Of a stretch of 64,000 bases of DNA, positions 18,893-28,930 are shown in pieces. The stretch covers positions 1 through 64,000 of the forward strand of contig JBLWTJ010000003.1 in assembly GCA_048270185.1 (NCBI GenBank), given 5' to 3'. Source of the stretch: Bacteriovoracaceae bacterium (GTDB lineage Bacteria; Bdellovibrionota; Bacteriovoracia; Bacteriovoracales; Bacteriovoracaceae). The notes under the pieces are model-generated. The model saw nothing but the letters and a program-made list of their open reading frames with translations, had not been told where the DNA came from and did not search any database. How positions within the stretch are numbered: the first letter of the stretch is position 1; each line of letters opens with the position of its first letter. Both the position numbers and the translations under genes were made by a program.

Positions 18893-20236
18893 ATGGAAAA
18901 TCTAAATTTAATTTTTTACGGTGCCACAGAAACAGTTACAGGCTCAAAGACACTTTTAGAAATCAATGGAAGTAAAATTCTTATTGATAGTGGAATGTAT
19001 CAAGGTGATCGAGACTCTGACTTTAAAAATCGAAAACCTCTTGAGTTTAACCCTCATGAGATTGATTCAATCTTTCTAACACATGCTCACTATGATCATT
19101 CTGGTTATCTTCCTGTTGTTGTAAAAAATGGCTTCAAAGGACATATTTACTGTACTGATGCGACTAAGAAGATTGTGGAAATTATTTTGAAAGACTCGGC
19201 CAATATCCAGGCCTATGACTTTAAGGCAGGTAAAGTTAAAGAAGTACTCTACGATATTGAAGACGTCGAAAAGGCCATGACGCAATTTAAAGTTGTTGAG
19301 TCTGGTAAGTGGCATGAGCAAAATAGCTTTAAGTATTATTTAGAAGAAGATGGACATATCTTAGGTGCCACAAGTATTACCTTTGATAATAATAAGTACA
19401 AAATTTGTTTTTCTGGAGATGTCGGTCGCATGGATGATAAAATTCATCGTGCTCCTGTCAAAGAAGTAGAAGCGGATTATCTTGTTCTTGAATCAACTTA
19501 TGGAGATCGACTTCATAAGCAAGAAGACACTTTGTTAGAATTAAAGAAGCATGTCGAGCGAATCAAGCAAACACAAGGTGTTCTTCTTATTCCTGCTTTT
19601 GCAGTGGCCCGCTCTCAAATCGTTATCTATGAACTTTTTGAATTATTTGAGAAATACCCGGATCTTGAAATTCCTGTTTATTTTGATACGCCAATGGGAA
19701 TTAAAGTTACAAAACTCTATATGGATATGAGTGAACAATTAAAGATTGAGCCAAAACGTTTTGTTGAGGCAATGAAGAGTATTCGTTTTGTTGAGTATAG
19801 TTCAGACTCTAAAAAACTTGCTCGTGCAAAGAAACCGTTTATTCTCATTAGCTCTTCTGGAATGATTAGTGGTGGAAGAATCCTTCAGTATATGGATATG
19901 TATGCTAAGCACGAGAATAACACTGTTCTTATTACCGGATATCAAGGAGAGGGAACAATTGGCAGACAACTTGTTAATGATGAAAGAAGTATTTCTCTTT
20001 TCGGTCATACCATGAATGTTAGGGCCCATGTTGAAAAGCTTGAATCACTTTCGGCTCATGCTGATCGTGACGAATTACTCGAATATATACGAAAATGTGG
20101 TAAAAATCTCAAAACTGTCTACGTTAATCACGGAGAAGAGGAGACAGTTGAGAAATTTGTTGAGACAATTAGATCTGAATTAAAAATTGATGCCATTAAT
20201 GTGGAAGATCATAAGAAGTATAATTTGGGGAATTAA
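18893..20236 (+). CDS. MBL/beta-CASP ribonuclease-family hydrolase
   Basis: THAHYDH, GHILG, LESTYG, SAHAD, NHGE motifs. Confidence 0.92.
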   Translation: MENLNLIFYGATETVTGSKTLLEINGSKILIDSGMYQGDRDSDFKNRKPLEFNPHEIDSIFLTHAHYDHSGYLPVVVKNGFKGHIYCTDATKKIVEIILKDSANIQAYDFKAGKVKEVLYDIEDVEKAMTQFKVVESGKWHEQNSFKYYLEEDGHILGATSITFDNNKYKICFSGDVGRMDDKIHRAPVKEVEADYLVLESTYGDRLHKQEDTLLELKKHVERIKQTQGVLLIPAFAVARSQIVIYELFELFEKYPDLEIPVYFDTPMGIKVTKLYMDMSEQLKIEPKRFVEAMKSIRFVEYSSDSKKLARAKKPFILISSSGMISGGRILQYMDMYAKHENNTVLITGYQGEGTIGRQLVNDERSISLFGHTMNVRAHVEKLESLSAHADRDELLEYIRKCGKNLKTVYVNHGEEETVEKFVETIRSELKIDAINVEDHKKYNLGN

Positions 20237-20796
20237 TGAAGATTGTTGTTACAGGTGGACCAGGTGGTGGAAAGACTACTGCTCTTGATTTATTTAAACG
20301 TGAATTAAATGAAAATATTGTCATCGTTCCAGAGGCTGCAACCGCGATTTTTCAATCAGGAGTTGGTCGAGATAAACGACCAGAAGTCATTAAAGATATA
20401 CAGAAAATGATCTATGACTATCAAGTGAACCTTGAGGCCATTTACGAAAAGCAACACCCTGATAAAATTCTTCTATGTGACCGTGGAACACTTGATGGTA
20501 TGGCCTATTGGCCGGATGAATGTGACTCATTCTTTGATAAAATTAATTCATCTTATGAGAAAGAAATTGAACGATATGATGCTGTAATCTTCTTTGAAAC
20601 AGGGGCAAGCTCTGGTGGTGATATTACTAGTAATAATATCTATCGAAGCGAAACGAATCGCCAAGCAATTGAGCTTGATCATAAGTTAAAAGAAATTTGG
20701 TCACTTCATCCGAAGTTTTACTTTGTCGATAGTAAGAAATCTTTTATGGATAAAATTATTAGTGGTATCGATATATTAAAATCAGTAGTTGAATAA
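20236..20796 (+). CDS. P-loop NTPase/kinase (AAA_28, NadR-like)
   Basis: VVTGGPGGGKTT, VPEAAT, CDRG..D. Confidence 0.85.
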   Translation: MKIVVTGGPGGGKTTALDLFKRELNENIVIVPEAATAIFQSGVGRDKRPEVIKDIQKMIYDYQVNLEAIYEKQHPDKILLCDRGTLDGMAYWPDECDSFFDKINSSYEKEIERYDAVIFFETGASSGGDITSNNIYRSETNRQAIELDHKLKEIWSLHPKFYFVDSKKSFMDKIISGIDILKSVVE

Positions 20797-21632
20797 TGAA
20801 CGCTAGAAAGAACAAGAAATTAAAACTCTTTATTAGAAAAATGAATCAAAAGCTTGAGGCCTTTGATGAAAAGAAATTCAAGAGAAGTCTCAAAGCTGCT
20901 GGTATTTCAGATGAAGTTTCAAAAGAAGTTGTAAAGGAAGTATCAAAGGGTCTTGATATAGGCTCAACAACAACAAATATTCACCAAAAGACTTATCGAG
21001 CATTGAAGAGGCGTTCAAAAATTGGCGCAGCAAATTATCATATCAAGAGGGCCATTTATAAATTAGGGCCCACTGGTTACCCATTTGAAGTGCTTTGTGC
21101 TGAAATGCTTAAGGCCAAGGGCTATAAGACGCAAGTTTCAGTTCTTAAGAAGGGCAAGTATGTTAAACACGAAGTGGATGTCGTTGCCAGACGTAATGAT
21201 GGTGATATTTACTGTGAATGTAAGTTTCATAACCGAAAATTTTATAAGAATGATGTGAAGATTCCACTCTATGTTCATTCTCGTTACTTGGATATCTTAG
21301 AGGGAAACCCTGAGCTTAATATGCACTATGCCTTAATTTCCAATACTCAGTTCTCTGATGATGCGATTAAATACGCAGAAGGTGTAGGGCTTAAACTATA
21401 TTCAATGAATTATCCAAAGAAGAATACCTTCTGCCATTTAATTTCTCGTTATAAGATTTATCCAATCACTGTTCTTTCGACACTTCGTGCGAGGGATCAA
21501 AAAACTCTATTGGCACGACGAATTGTCATTATCAAGCATATCAAAAGAAGTCATTTAGAAAGACTTGGCCTCACCCCTAGTGAGATTCGTAAAGTCTTAA
21601 ATGAAATTAAGTTACTTCTTGGTCGCGACTAA
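20796..21632 (+). CDS. ATP-cone domain fused to PD-(D/E)XK (Mrr-like) endonuclease domain
   Basis: IRKMNQKLEAFDEKK..STTTNIH ATP cone; GYPFE..HEVDVVA..CECKFH nuclease motif. Confidence 0.82.
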   Translation: MNARKNKKLKLFIRKMNQKLEAFDEKKFKRSLKAAGISDEVSKEVVKEVSKGLDIGSTTTNIHQKTYRALKRRSKIGAANYHIKRAIYKLGPTGYPFEVLCAEMLKAKGYKTQVSVLKKGKYVKHEVDVVARRNDGDIYCECKFHNRKFYKNDVKIPLYVHSRYLDILEGNPELNMHYALISNTQFSDDAIKYAEGVGLKLYSMNYPKKNTFCHLISRYKIYPITVLSTLRARDQKTLLARRIVIIKHIKRSHLERLGLTPSEIRKVLNEIKLLLGRD

Positions 21633-21683
21633 GCTTTAAGCTATCTAAATCATAAGTTTTGTTTATGTTTTTCTGTTTGCGTC

Positions 21684-21719
21684 ATAGGGTAAATCTATCA
21701 TGCATTAGATAATAATTAT
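21684..21719 (+). promoter_or_regulatory. Putative OxyR site upstream of ahpC
   Basis: ATAG-N7-CTAT-N6-TTAG-N7-TTAT, close to the OxyR consensus ATAG-N7-CTAT-N7-ATAG-N7-CTAT. Confidence 0.6.
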
Positions 21720-21793
21720 TAGATATTTATCTGCTCAGATGAAAGAATACTGAAGTAGAAAATCACTTAATAAACTTCCAAAGGAGATGTAAA

Positions 21794-22360
21794 GTGCAAA
21801 CATTAATCAACACAAAACTTCAAGACTTCAGTGTACAAGCTTACCACAATGAAGACTTCAAAACAGTTTCTGCAAAAGACCTAGAAGGAAAATGGTCAAT
21901 CCTTTTCTTCTACCCAGCAGACTTTACTTTCGTATGTCCAACTGAGTTAGGTGACATGGCAGACAAGTATGAAGAATTCCAAAAAATGGGTGTAGAAGTT
22001 TACTCAGTATCAACTGATACTCATTTCACACACAAAGCATGGCACGATACTTCTGACACAATCAAGAAGATCAAGTACCCAATGCTAGCAGATCCAACAG
22101 GGCAACTAACAAGAGCATTTGGTGTCCATATTGAAGAAGAAGGTCTTGCTTATAGAGGGACTTTCCTAATTAACCCAGCTGGTGAAATTAAAATTGCTGA
22201 AGTTTCTGACAACGGAATCGGACGTAACGCTGACGAACTTATGAGAAAAGTTCAAGCAGCTCAATTCATCGCTGAGAACCCAAATGAAGTATGTCCAGCT
22301 AAGTGGAAGCCAGGAGCTGAAACACTTAAGCCAGGTCTAGACCTTGTAGGTAAAATCTAG
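21794..22360 (+). CDS. ahpC: Alkyl hydroperoxide reductase C
   Basis: FFYPADFTFVCPTE, EVCPAKW, LDLVGKI. Confidence 0.97.
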   Translation: MQTLINTKLQDFSVQAYHNEDFKTVSAKDLEGKWSILFFYPADFTFVCPTELGDMADKYEEFQKMGVEVYSVSTDTHFTHKAWHDTSDTIKKIKYPMLADPTGQLTRAFGVHIEEEGLAYRGTFLINPAGEIKIAEVSDNGIGRNADELMRKVQAAQFIAENPNEVCPAKWKPGAETLKPGLDLVGKI

Positions 22361-22428
22361 GAATTTCCTAGACGATTACATATGTGGCCCAAGCTGTGCT
22401 TGGGCCATCTAAAAGTTTGGAGAATAAA

Positions 22429-23976
22429 ATGTTAGATAGCGCCATCATTGAACAATTAAAATCAGTCTATGCTCAACTAGAAAGTGAGATTGGTCTTGTT
22501 TATAGTGAGTCTAGTAATGCTAAACAAGCTGAGCTTGTTGAGATGCTAGAAAGTATTGCTAGCACATCTCCAAAGATTACAGCGAAGCCTAGCGGACAGG
22601 CTAATGATTTCCCTCATTTTGAAATTCAAGTAAATGGTAAGGCAAACGGGATTAAGTTCTCTGGAATTCCTGGTGGACATGAGTTTACATCACTAATCCT
22701 TGCTATCTTAAATAGTGATCAAAAAGGGAAGCTTCCTGATGATATGATCATTAATCGAATAAAAGCTCTAAAGGGGCCAATTGGCCTTAAGACATATATT
22801 TCACTTTCATGTGAAAACTGCCCTGATATCGTTCAGGCCCTAAACCTTATGGCCATCTACAAAGAGGATTTCACTCATGAGATGGTTGATGGTGAATTTG
22901 CTCAAGATGAAATTTCTCGTCTTAAGATCCAAGGTGTACCAAGTGTTATCGATGGTGATGACCTTGTTCACTCAGGAAAGTCATCGCTAACAGATCTTTT
23001 AGAAAAGTTAGAAGCTCGTTTTGGAAAAGATGAATCTGCTTCTAGTGTGGAAAAAGATCTTGGAGAATATGACGTTATCGTCATCGGTGGTGGACCTGCT
23101 GGTGCTTCAGCTGCCATCTACACAGTGAGAAAGGGACTTAAGACTGCTATCATCACTGACCGTGTTGGTGGACAGATGCAAGATACAAAGGGAATCGAAA
23201 ATTTTGTCTCGACAATTTATACTGAGGGACCGCAACTTTCTGCCGCCCTTGGCCAGCATTTGGGACATTATGATATTAAAGTTCTGGAACATCGCCGTGT
23301 CGAAAATATTGAAAACGGTGCTGTAAAAAAACTTCAGCTTAACAGCGGTGAAACCGTAAAGGCCAAGTCTTTAATTGTGACAACTGGTGCTAAGTGGCGC
23401 GAGCTTGGAGTTGACGGTGAGAAGGAATATATCGGCCGTGGTGTCGCTTATTGTCCGCACTGTGATGGACCTTATTACAAAGGTAAAGATGTAAGTGTTA
23501 TCGGTGGTGGTAACTCAGGTGTTGAAGCAGCAATTGATCTTGCCGGTATTGTAAAGTCTGTGACTTTATTTGAATTCGCACCAGAGCTTAAAGCAGACCA
23601 GGTTCTTGTTGAAAAATTAGAGTCTCTACCGAATGTGACGATTATTAAAAATGCCCGCACGGATAAAATTGTGGGAGACGGTGAGAAGGTTGTTGCTCTC
23701 TCGTTTGAAGATCGTGCATCTGGAGAAATTAAGAAAGTTGATCTTGATGGAGTTTTCGTTCAGATCGGACTTGTGCCAAATAGTGCTTTCTTAGGTGAGC
23801 TTGTAGAAAAGAATAAATTTGGTGAGATTGTCGTCACAGATAAGTGTCGTACTAATCAGAAAGGTATCTATGCTGCAGGTGACGTGACAACTGTACCATA
23901 TAAGCAAATCATCATTGCCATGGGAGAAGGGGCGAAGGCCGGGCTCTCTGCTTTTGAAGATTTGATGTTAGCTTAG
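22429..23976 (+). CDS. ahpF: Alkyl hydroperoxide reductase F
   Basis: [25 protein letters not shown] 22429 after GGAG. Confidence 0.96.
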   Translation: MLDSAIIEQLKSVYAQLESEIGLVYSESSNAKQAELVEMLESIASTSPKITAKPSGQANDFPHFEIQVNGKANGIKFSGIPGGHEFTSLILAILNSDQKGKLPDDMIINRIKALKGPIGLKTYISLSCENCPDIVQALNLMAIYKEDFTHEMVDGEFAQDEISRLKIQGVPSVIDGDDLVHSGKSSLTDLLEKLEARFGKDESASSVEKDLGEYDVIVIGGGPAGASAAIYTVRKGLKTAIITDRVGGQMQDTKGIENFVSTIYTEGPQLSAALGQHLGHYDIKVLEHRRVENIENGAVKKLQLNSGETVKAKSLIVTTGAKWRELGVDGEKEYIGRGVAYCPHCDGPYYKGKDVSVIGGGNSGVEAAIDLAGIVKSVTLFEFAPELKADQVLVEKLESLPNVTIIKNARTDKIVGDGEKVVALSFEDRASGEIKKVDLDGVFVQIGLVPNSAFLGELVEKNKFGEIVVTDKCRTNQKGIYAAGDVTTVPYKQIIIAMGEGAKAGLSAFEDLMLA

Positions 23977-24039
23977 TATTAAAGATTTAAGCGCAATACT
24001 CTCTCTCTTTTTGCGCTTAAGTGTTCATAAATAATCTTG

Positions 24040-24070
24040 AGGCCTCTCACTCTCATGAGAGGCCTTTTTT
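24040..24070 (+). terminator. Intrinsic terminator after ahpF
   Basis: AGGCCTCTCA..TGAGAGGCCT followed by a T run. Confidence 0.75.
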
Positions 24071-24425
24071 ATTTTAATCTTAATCCCTGTGCTTGAATGT
24101 CGTTACAAATCCCTAGATAGAACGGAAAGAAAAACTTCACACTTGAAGTGATTTCAACATTACCTAAAGAATGAAGATTCTTCTCCTGTGTGATGTCTTC
24201 AACCGCGTAGTGGATTTTATTCACATCAAAATTCCCAACAGGAATAAGGCCTAGAATAAAATAAAGGCAACTTGACTCATCAATCTTGTCATTCGTTAGA
24301 ACGAGAGTTTCACCCGCCTTCACATCTTTTGTGGAGATAACACCATACTGAACTTTCTTTTTATTCATTGAACAAGAAGAAATCATGAATGTCATAGCAA
24401 ATAGAAGGAGAAGTTTCTTACTCAT
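24069..24425 (-). CDS. Small lipoprotein (TRL/Bor-like)
   Basis: MSKKLLLLFAMTFMISSC lipobox; SCLYFILGLIP motif. Confidence 0.7.
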   Translation of the reverse strand: MSKKLLLLFAMTFMISSCSMNKKKVQYGVISTKDVKAGETLVLTNDKIDESSCLYFILGLIPVGNFDVNKIHYAVEDITQEKNLHSLGNVEITSSVKFFFPFYLGICNDIQAQGLRLK

Positions 24426-24747
24426 GACAAACTCCTTGGTAATCAAAATTCATATTGTGCCAGACAAGAGGGATGAACCAGAATGAGTAATCCAGTGTAA
24501 GATTAGAGATACTATCACTCCCTTCACAAAGCTGTGTTGGCACTTGAAGAATATTAAAATTGTCATAGGAATTTGAAATAAAGATTAGTGCAGCCCACCT
24601 GTGGACATTGACATGATCAGGATCTTGCCCTTTAGTCTTTGTAACGACATGTTGAACTTTTACGGGTTCTCTCTTTAGATACTTCACATCTAAGAAAATT
24701 TGAGAACACGAGGTAAGAATTAAGCTAAGTATTAAGAATCTAAACAT
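24418..24747 (-). CDS. Small lipoprotein
   Basis: LILTSC lipobox; overlaps the start of the next lipoprotein. Confidence 0.7.
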   Translation of the reverse strand: MFRFLILSLILTSCSQIFLDVKYLKREPVKVQHVVTKTKGQDPDHVNVHRWAALIFISNSYDNFNILQVPTQLCEGSDSISNLTLDYSFWFIPLVWHNMNFDYQGVCHE

Positions 24748-24937
24748 AGTTAAACTTTAAACTCTGGAGTCATTTTGCGCTAGAAATATAAATAGCGCGT
24801 GGCGCATCTGTAAGTTTTAAAAGTAATCTCTACAAGAGAAGAAAATTATTTTATTTATAAGTTAGGCTAATGAACAAAATTAGAAAAAGTTATTTTTTTA
24901 ATTTGTATTCACATTTTTTCCAAGATACATTTATCCC

Positions 24938-25762
24938 ATGAAAAACACACACATCGCAATTCTGGCCCTTTTAATCTCAAACTTAACATTCGCAGCTTGC
25001 AATCCTAATAGCTACTATGACGGATTAAACACTAACCTTAATGGTTATCAATTCAAGTCTGCGCTTTCAAGACTGCTGTCTCGTACTCACCGTAGTATCT
25101 CTTACGGAGATCTTCTTAGTGCCTACAGAAAGACTGATCTTGATACGACTTATGATGCAGACTTCACGATCATGGATATGTATTCTGAAAATCCAAAAGG
25201 ACGTGATCCATATGAATTCAAGGCCGGAAAAAGAGTTTGTGGTCAATACAAAGGTGAAGCCGATTGTTATAACCGCGAGCACTTATTCCCACAGGGACTT
25301 TTTAATAAGCAAAGACCAATGAAGTCTGATATCTTCCATGTTTACCCAACTGATGGTTATGTAAATAATAGAAGAGGATCACTTCCATTTGGTGAAGTTG
25401 GAAGAGCAAGTTGGGTTTCTGAGAATGGATCAAAAGTAGGGATGAGTAAGGACCCAAATTATGGTGGTGTTGTTTTTGAACCGATCGATGAATTTAAAGG
25501 TGATATTGCTAGAGCACTACTTTACTTCGCAGTTAGATATGAAGAAAGAATTCCTTTCTTTAAAGATAATCCAATGACTAATGGTTCTTATGAGCAAACT
25601 TATTCAACTTGGTTTCTCAAGACACTACTGAGATGGCATAAAGAAGATCCTGTAAGTGAGCATGAAAGAACAAGAAATGATAAAGCTTGTAATTACCAAA
25701 AAAATCGTAACCCATTTATCGATCACCCAGAGTGGGCACTATCAATTTGGGAAGTTCAATAA
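24938..25762 (+). CDS. Secreted endonuclease I-family (Bsn/EndA-like) nuclease
   Basis: Signal peptide; NREHLFPQ, DIFHVYPTDGYVNNRRG, KGDIARALLYF, NRNPFIDHPE. Confidence 0.9.
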   Translation: MKNTHIAILALLISNLTFAACNPNSYYDGLNTNLNGYQFKSALSRLLSRTHRSISYGDLLSAYRKTDLDTTYDADFTIMDMYSENPKGRDPYEFKAGKRVCGQYKGEADCYNREHLFPQGLFNKQRPMKSDIFHVYPTDGYVNNRRGSLPFGEVGRASWVSENGSKVGMSKDPNYGGVVFEPIDEFKGDIARALLYFAVRYEERIPFFKDNPMTNGSYEQTYSTWFLKTLLRWHKEDPVSEHERTRNDKACNYQKNRNPFIDHPEWALSIWEVQ

Positions 25763-25791
25763 GAAATTAAATTTTAAATTTAGATAAGAAG

Positions 25792-25820
25792 AAGGCCCTG
25801 ATAATCAGGGCCTTTTTATT
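25792..25820. terminator. Intrinsic terminator between convergent genes
   Basis: AAGGCCCTGA-taa-TCAGGGCCTT followed by a T run. Confidence 0.8.
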
Positions 25821-25828
25821 TCAGTGAC

Positions 25829-26218
25829 TTATTCTGTATAGATCACGTGTTCGATATCTTTAGTATAACGACCTGATTTAAGATCAATTAGAACGAAGAA
25901 GCCAACTTCTCCATATCCACCCCAGTATTCAGCACTTAAAAGAACATTATATGCACTACAGATTGAGTTTTTGATACATGCTTCGATTTCAGCAATCTCT
26001 TCAGAATTGAGTCTTTCTTCGTAGTATGGTTGAGCAAGGTATTCAGCTAGGTATTTTTCATCAACTTTATATGAGCTTGACTCAACATTTTCATAACCTT
26101 GTACCCAGTGTGATCTTCTAATTGATTTCGCTGCATTTTCAATGATTTCAGATTCAACAACTTGTGCCATTGAAGTTAGTGATAATAGAGCTGTCGCTAC
26201 TAAAATTAGTGATTTCAT
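25829..26218 (-). CDS. Secreted hypothetical protein
   Basis: MKSLILVATALLSLTSMA signal peptide after a GGGGG SD. Confidence 0.7.
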   Translation of the reverse strand: MKSLILVATALLSLTSMAQVVESEIIENAAKSIRRSHWVQGYENVESSSYKVDEKYLAEYLAQPYYEERLNSEEIAEIEACIKNSICSAYNVLLSAEYWGGYGEVGFFVLIDLKSGRYTKDIEHVIYTE

Positions 26219-26370
26219 ATTTCCCCCAAGTAAAAGTTTATGGGCCATTTCTAGCGCAGTGCCTAAAGGGATGTAAATAACAAATATATGATGGGTCTCA
26301 TCTAATTATGAGATGATGTAAAACTTTCTTCACTATATTTTATTGAGAGGGAATATGGTATTTAGGGTAT

Positions 26371-26859
26371 ATGAAAATACTAGTCACAATACTATTTCTA
26401 CTAACTTCGGCATCCTCTTCTTCGATGGAGTTTAACTATGAAATCGACTCTAATCTAAATGGAAAGCTTCGAGATAATGTCGAGATCGCTATTAAAAATA
26501 TTCAAAGAATCTTAGTTGATGATGAGTACTGGGAAAGAGTGAATGAAGTAGATAGCTTCACTTGTACTGATGAGACAACACCTAGTATTCAAGAGATACG
26601 CCAAATGAAGATTGAATTCAAATTACGTAAGTATTGGCATTTTAAGAAGAAAGTAAAGGCAAAGACTGTAGGTAAGACAATTTCTCTTAACTCAAGGGCC
26701 GGTGCACGTACCCCTGAAGCTCTTTCAAATACGATTTTTCATGAAATGCTCCATGTTGCAGGCCTTGGCCACTGTGGAGTAAACAATATTTCGAAGTATC
26801 CATATATAAAAGACTCCATTCCTTACACACTAGGAAGTATTCTCGAAGATATGCTTTAA
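26371..26859 (+). CDS. Secreted zinc metallopeptidase-like protein
   Basis: Signal peptide; HEMLHVAGLGH (HExxHxxGxxH metzincin motif). Confidence 0.75.
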   Translation: MKILVTILFLLTSASSSSMEFNYEIDSNLNGKLRDNVEIAIKNIQRILVDDEYWERVNEVDSFTCTDETTPSIQEIRQMKIEFKLRKYWHFKKKVKAKTVGKTISLNSRAGARTPEALSNTIFHEMLHVAGLGHCGVNNISKYPYIKDSIPYTLGSILEDML

Positions 26860-26913
26860 TAAGCTCTCCAATCCATGATATGTAGGTCTAATAAATTTAG
26901 ATAAGGAAAAATT

Positions 26914-27201
26914 GTGAGAAAGAATTTTAGTCTCATTCATGAGAAAATTAAGCCTGAGAGAATGGCCGATAAAATTAAGAACGAAGTTAAGAGATATATC
27001 AAAAGAGAAAGAAATAAAACCCTTCCAGAAGGTGTTGATTTTTGGGATTTTGATTGTCGTATTGGATTAGATAGTGAAAATGCTATAGCCGTTCACGAAA
27101 AAGAAATCAATATGAAAATTACTGAAATCGTTGAACAAGAAGCAGATGGCTTCTATCTTGAAATTCTTGCGAAAGAAGGAAAGCGTACAAAGAAGAAGTA
27201 A
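26914..27201 (+). CDS. Conserved small protein (DUF6172-like)
   Basis: KRYIKRER.K.LPEGVDFWDFDC..FYLEILAK pattern, recalled from this family. Confidence 0.65.
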   Translation: MRKNFSLIHEKIKPERMADKIKNEVKRYIKRERNKTLPEGVDFWDFDCRIGLDSENAIAVHEKEINMKITEIVEQEADGFYLEILAKEGKRTKKK

Positions 27202-28040
27202 TGAAAGAGCTGCTTACCATTGGACATTCGATTGAAGAGCTAAAGAAACAAAATCCTAATATGGATTTCTCTTTGATATGTACTGACTATCTTTTAGAGA
27301 AGAAACTTAATTTCAAATTAGAAGAGATTGAAAACTTCATCGCGACTTGGAGCTTGGAGAACGAAATTCTTCCGGATCAAGTCAATGTCTACAATGGTTT
27401 TGGTCAGCCGCCTGTTACTATTTTTAATAATGGAGAGTTTGTTGTTGATTTATACTTTTGGCAAACTCTTGATACATCAATTCACTCTCATTCATTTTCT
27501 GGAGCCTTTCAAGTTTTACATGGAAGCTCTCAACATGAAGTCTTTAAAGTCGAAAAGAAAGAAGAGTTTTTTGATGATATTTTCATTAGTAAACTTGAAA
27601 AGGTAACTGATGAAATGCTTGAAGTAGGTGAGGTTCGTGAAATTAAAAGAGGCCTTGAATTTTCACACCGTGTACTTCATCTCGAAAATCCTACTGTGAC
27701 ACTTTGTATTCGTACTGTTAATGATAAAACACCACAGTGGCATCACTTTGATAATGGCCTAAGTATTCAAAAGAAAGGCCCTGAAGCTTGTGATATCAAG
27801 AGACTTTCAATCTTTGATTATCTTCTAAGTCGAAATGTTCAAAGTGGATTAAATTACCTTGAAGAACTTATGAATACTTTTAGTCCAAGTCTTGTGATGA
27901 ACCTCTATGAGCAATTGTCATATGACCAAATGGGACTTCAAGAAGATAGTGTTGAAGTCTTCTTTGATAAAGTTGTCGAGCGCTACGGTAATACCCCTTG
28001 GTTTCAAGTCTATATGGACTTCTTTAACGAAGCCAATTAG
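27201..28040 (+). CDS. Cupin-fold hypothetical protein (cysteine-dioxygenase-like His triad)
   Basis: LYFW..TSIHSHSFSGAFQVLHG..SHRVLH..TVTLCIR. Confidence 0.6.
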   Translation: MKELLTIGHSIEELKKQNPNMDFSLICTDYLLEKKLNFKLEEIENFIATWSLENEILPDQVNVYNGFGQPPVTIFNNGEFVVDLYFWQTLDTSIHSHSFSGAFQVLHGSSQHEVFKVEKKEEFFDDIFISKLEKVTDEMLEVGEVREIKRGLEFSHRVLHLENPTVTLCIRTVNDKTPQWHHFDNGLSIQKKGPEACDIKRLSIFDYLLSRNVQSGLNYLEELMNTFSPSLVMNLYEQLSYDQMGLQEDSVEVFFDKVVERYGNTPWFQVYMDFFNEAN

Positions 28041-28866
28041 GAAAATAACCTAGCTCTTCCTGCAAGTAGTAATCATGAGTCGGAATGATCTCATATCCTT
28101 TATCTTGGATATCCTTAATGACTTTGATCTGCTTAAAAGTCTCTTTCTTATTCGTATCAACTAATTTTGAAGAAATAAAGGCCTTACTTTGTGGTGGGTT
28201 TAGTTGTCTCGTTGTCCAAATACTATCGCCCACGAAGAAATACTTCTTCTTTTCTCCAATTAGGAATAATCCAACAGATCCATCTGTATGGCCAAAGAGG
28301 GGAACGAGAATGAGGTTTCCACTTCCGGTAATATCATAGTATTTTTCAAAGCCTTCATAATTTCCCATCGTCCATTTAAACTGATCAACTTTGGCACCAC
28401 TGAATTGAGAAGGAAATGTTCGATTGGCCACAATATGTTCGATCTCATGTATCTCTTCCTCGCTCACTAGGGCCGTTGTTTGTGGAAAGTCCTTAATCCC
28501 GCTAGCGTGATCCCAGTGTGAATGAGATAGGATTATCTTTTCAATATTATACTTATTCTTAAGTTGCTGCTTAATAGAGATGCCTTTTTTGTAGTCAAAG
28601 AGTGGCTTGGCCCAAAAAGGCATATCACTTGAAAACTGTGAATCTATCTCTTCACCTAAACCTGTTTCAAAGAGTAGATACTTTCCGTCTTCCTCAATAA
28701 GAAATCCCGAATGATTAACTTCCATCGTTTTAAAGAGTGAGCCATCTTCATATATTAACGCTTCAAGTGACTTAGCACTTCCGGTTTTGATTATTGTAAA
28801 CTTAGCTCCAGAGGCCACAGCACTCATTGCTAAAATGGTAATAAGTATTACTTTGATCACTTTCAT
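28024..28866 (-). CDS. Secreted MBL-fold hydrolase (AHL-lactonase-like)
   Basis: Signal peptide; SHSHWDH, GHTDG, VGD, THD. Confidence 0.82.
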   Translation of the reverse strand: MKVIKVILITILAMSAVASGAKFTIIKTGSAKSLEALIYEDGSLFKTMEVNHSGFLIEEDGKYLLFETGLGEEIDSQFSSDMPFWAKPLFDYKKGISIKQQLKNKYNIEKIILSHSHWDHASGIKDFPQTTALVSEEEIHEIEHIVANRTFPSQFSGAKVDQFKWTMGNYEGFEKYYDITGSGNLILVPLFGHTDGSVGLFLIGEKKKYFFVGDSIWTTRQLNPPQSKAFISSKLVDTNKKETFKQIKVIKDIQDKGYEIIPTHDYYLQEELGYFPNWLR

Positions 28867-28890
28867 TTATACTCCTTTTCGATTAAGATG

Positions 28891-28922
28891 ATTATAAAGC
28901 TTAAACTATACTTTAAGGTCAA
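28891..28922 (-). promoter_or_regulatory. MerR-type promoter/operator for the MBL gene
   Basis: Minus-strand TTGACC-20 bp-TATAAT with dyad CTTAAA-N6-TTTAAG (28900-28917) in the spacer. Confidence 0.85.
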
Positions 28923-28930
28923 GGTTCTTT

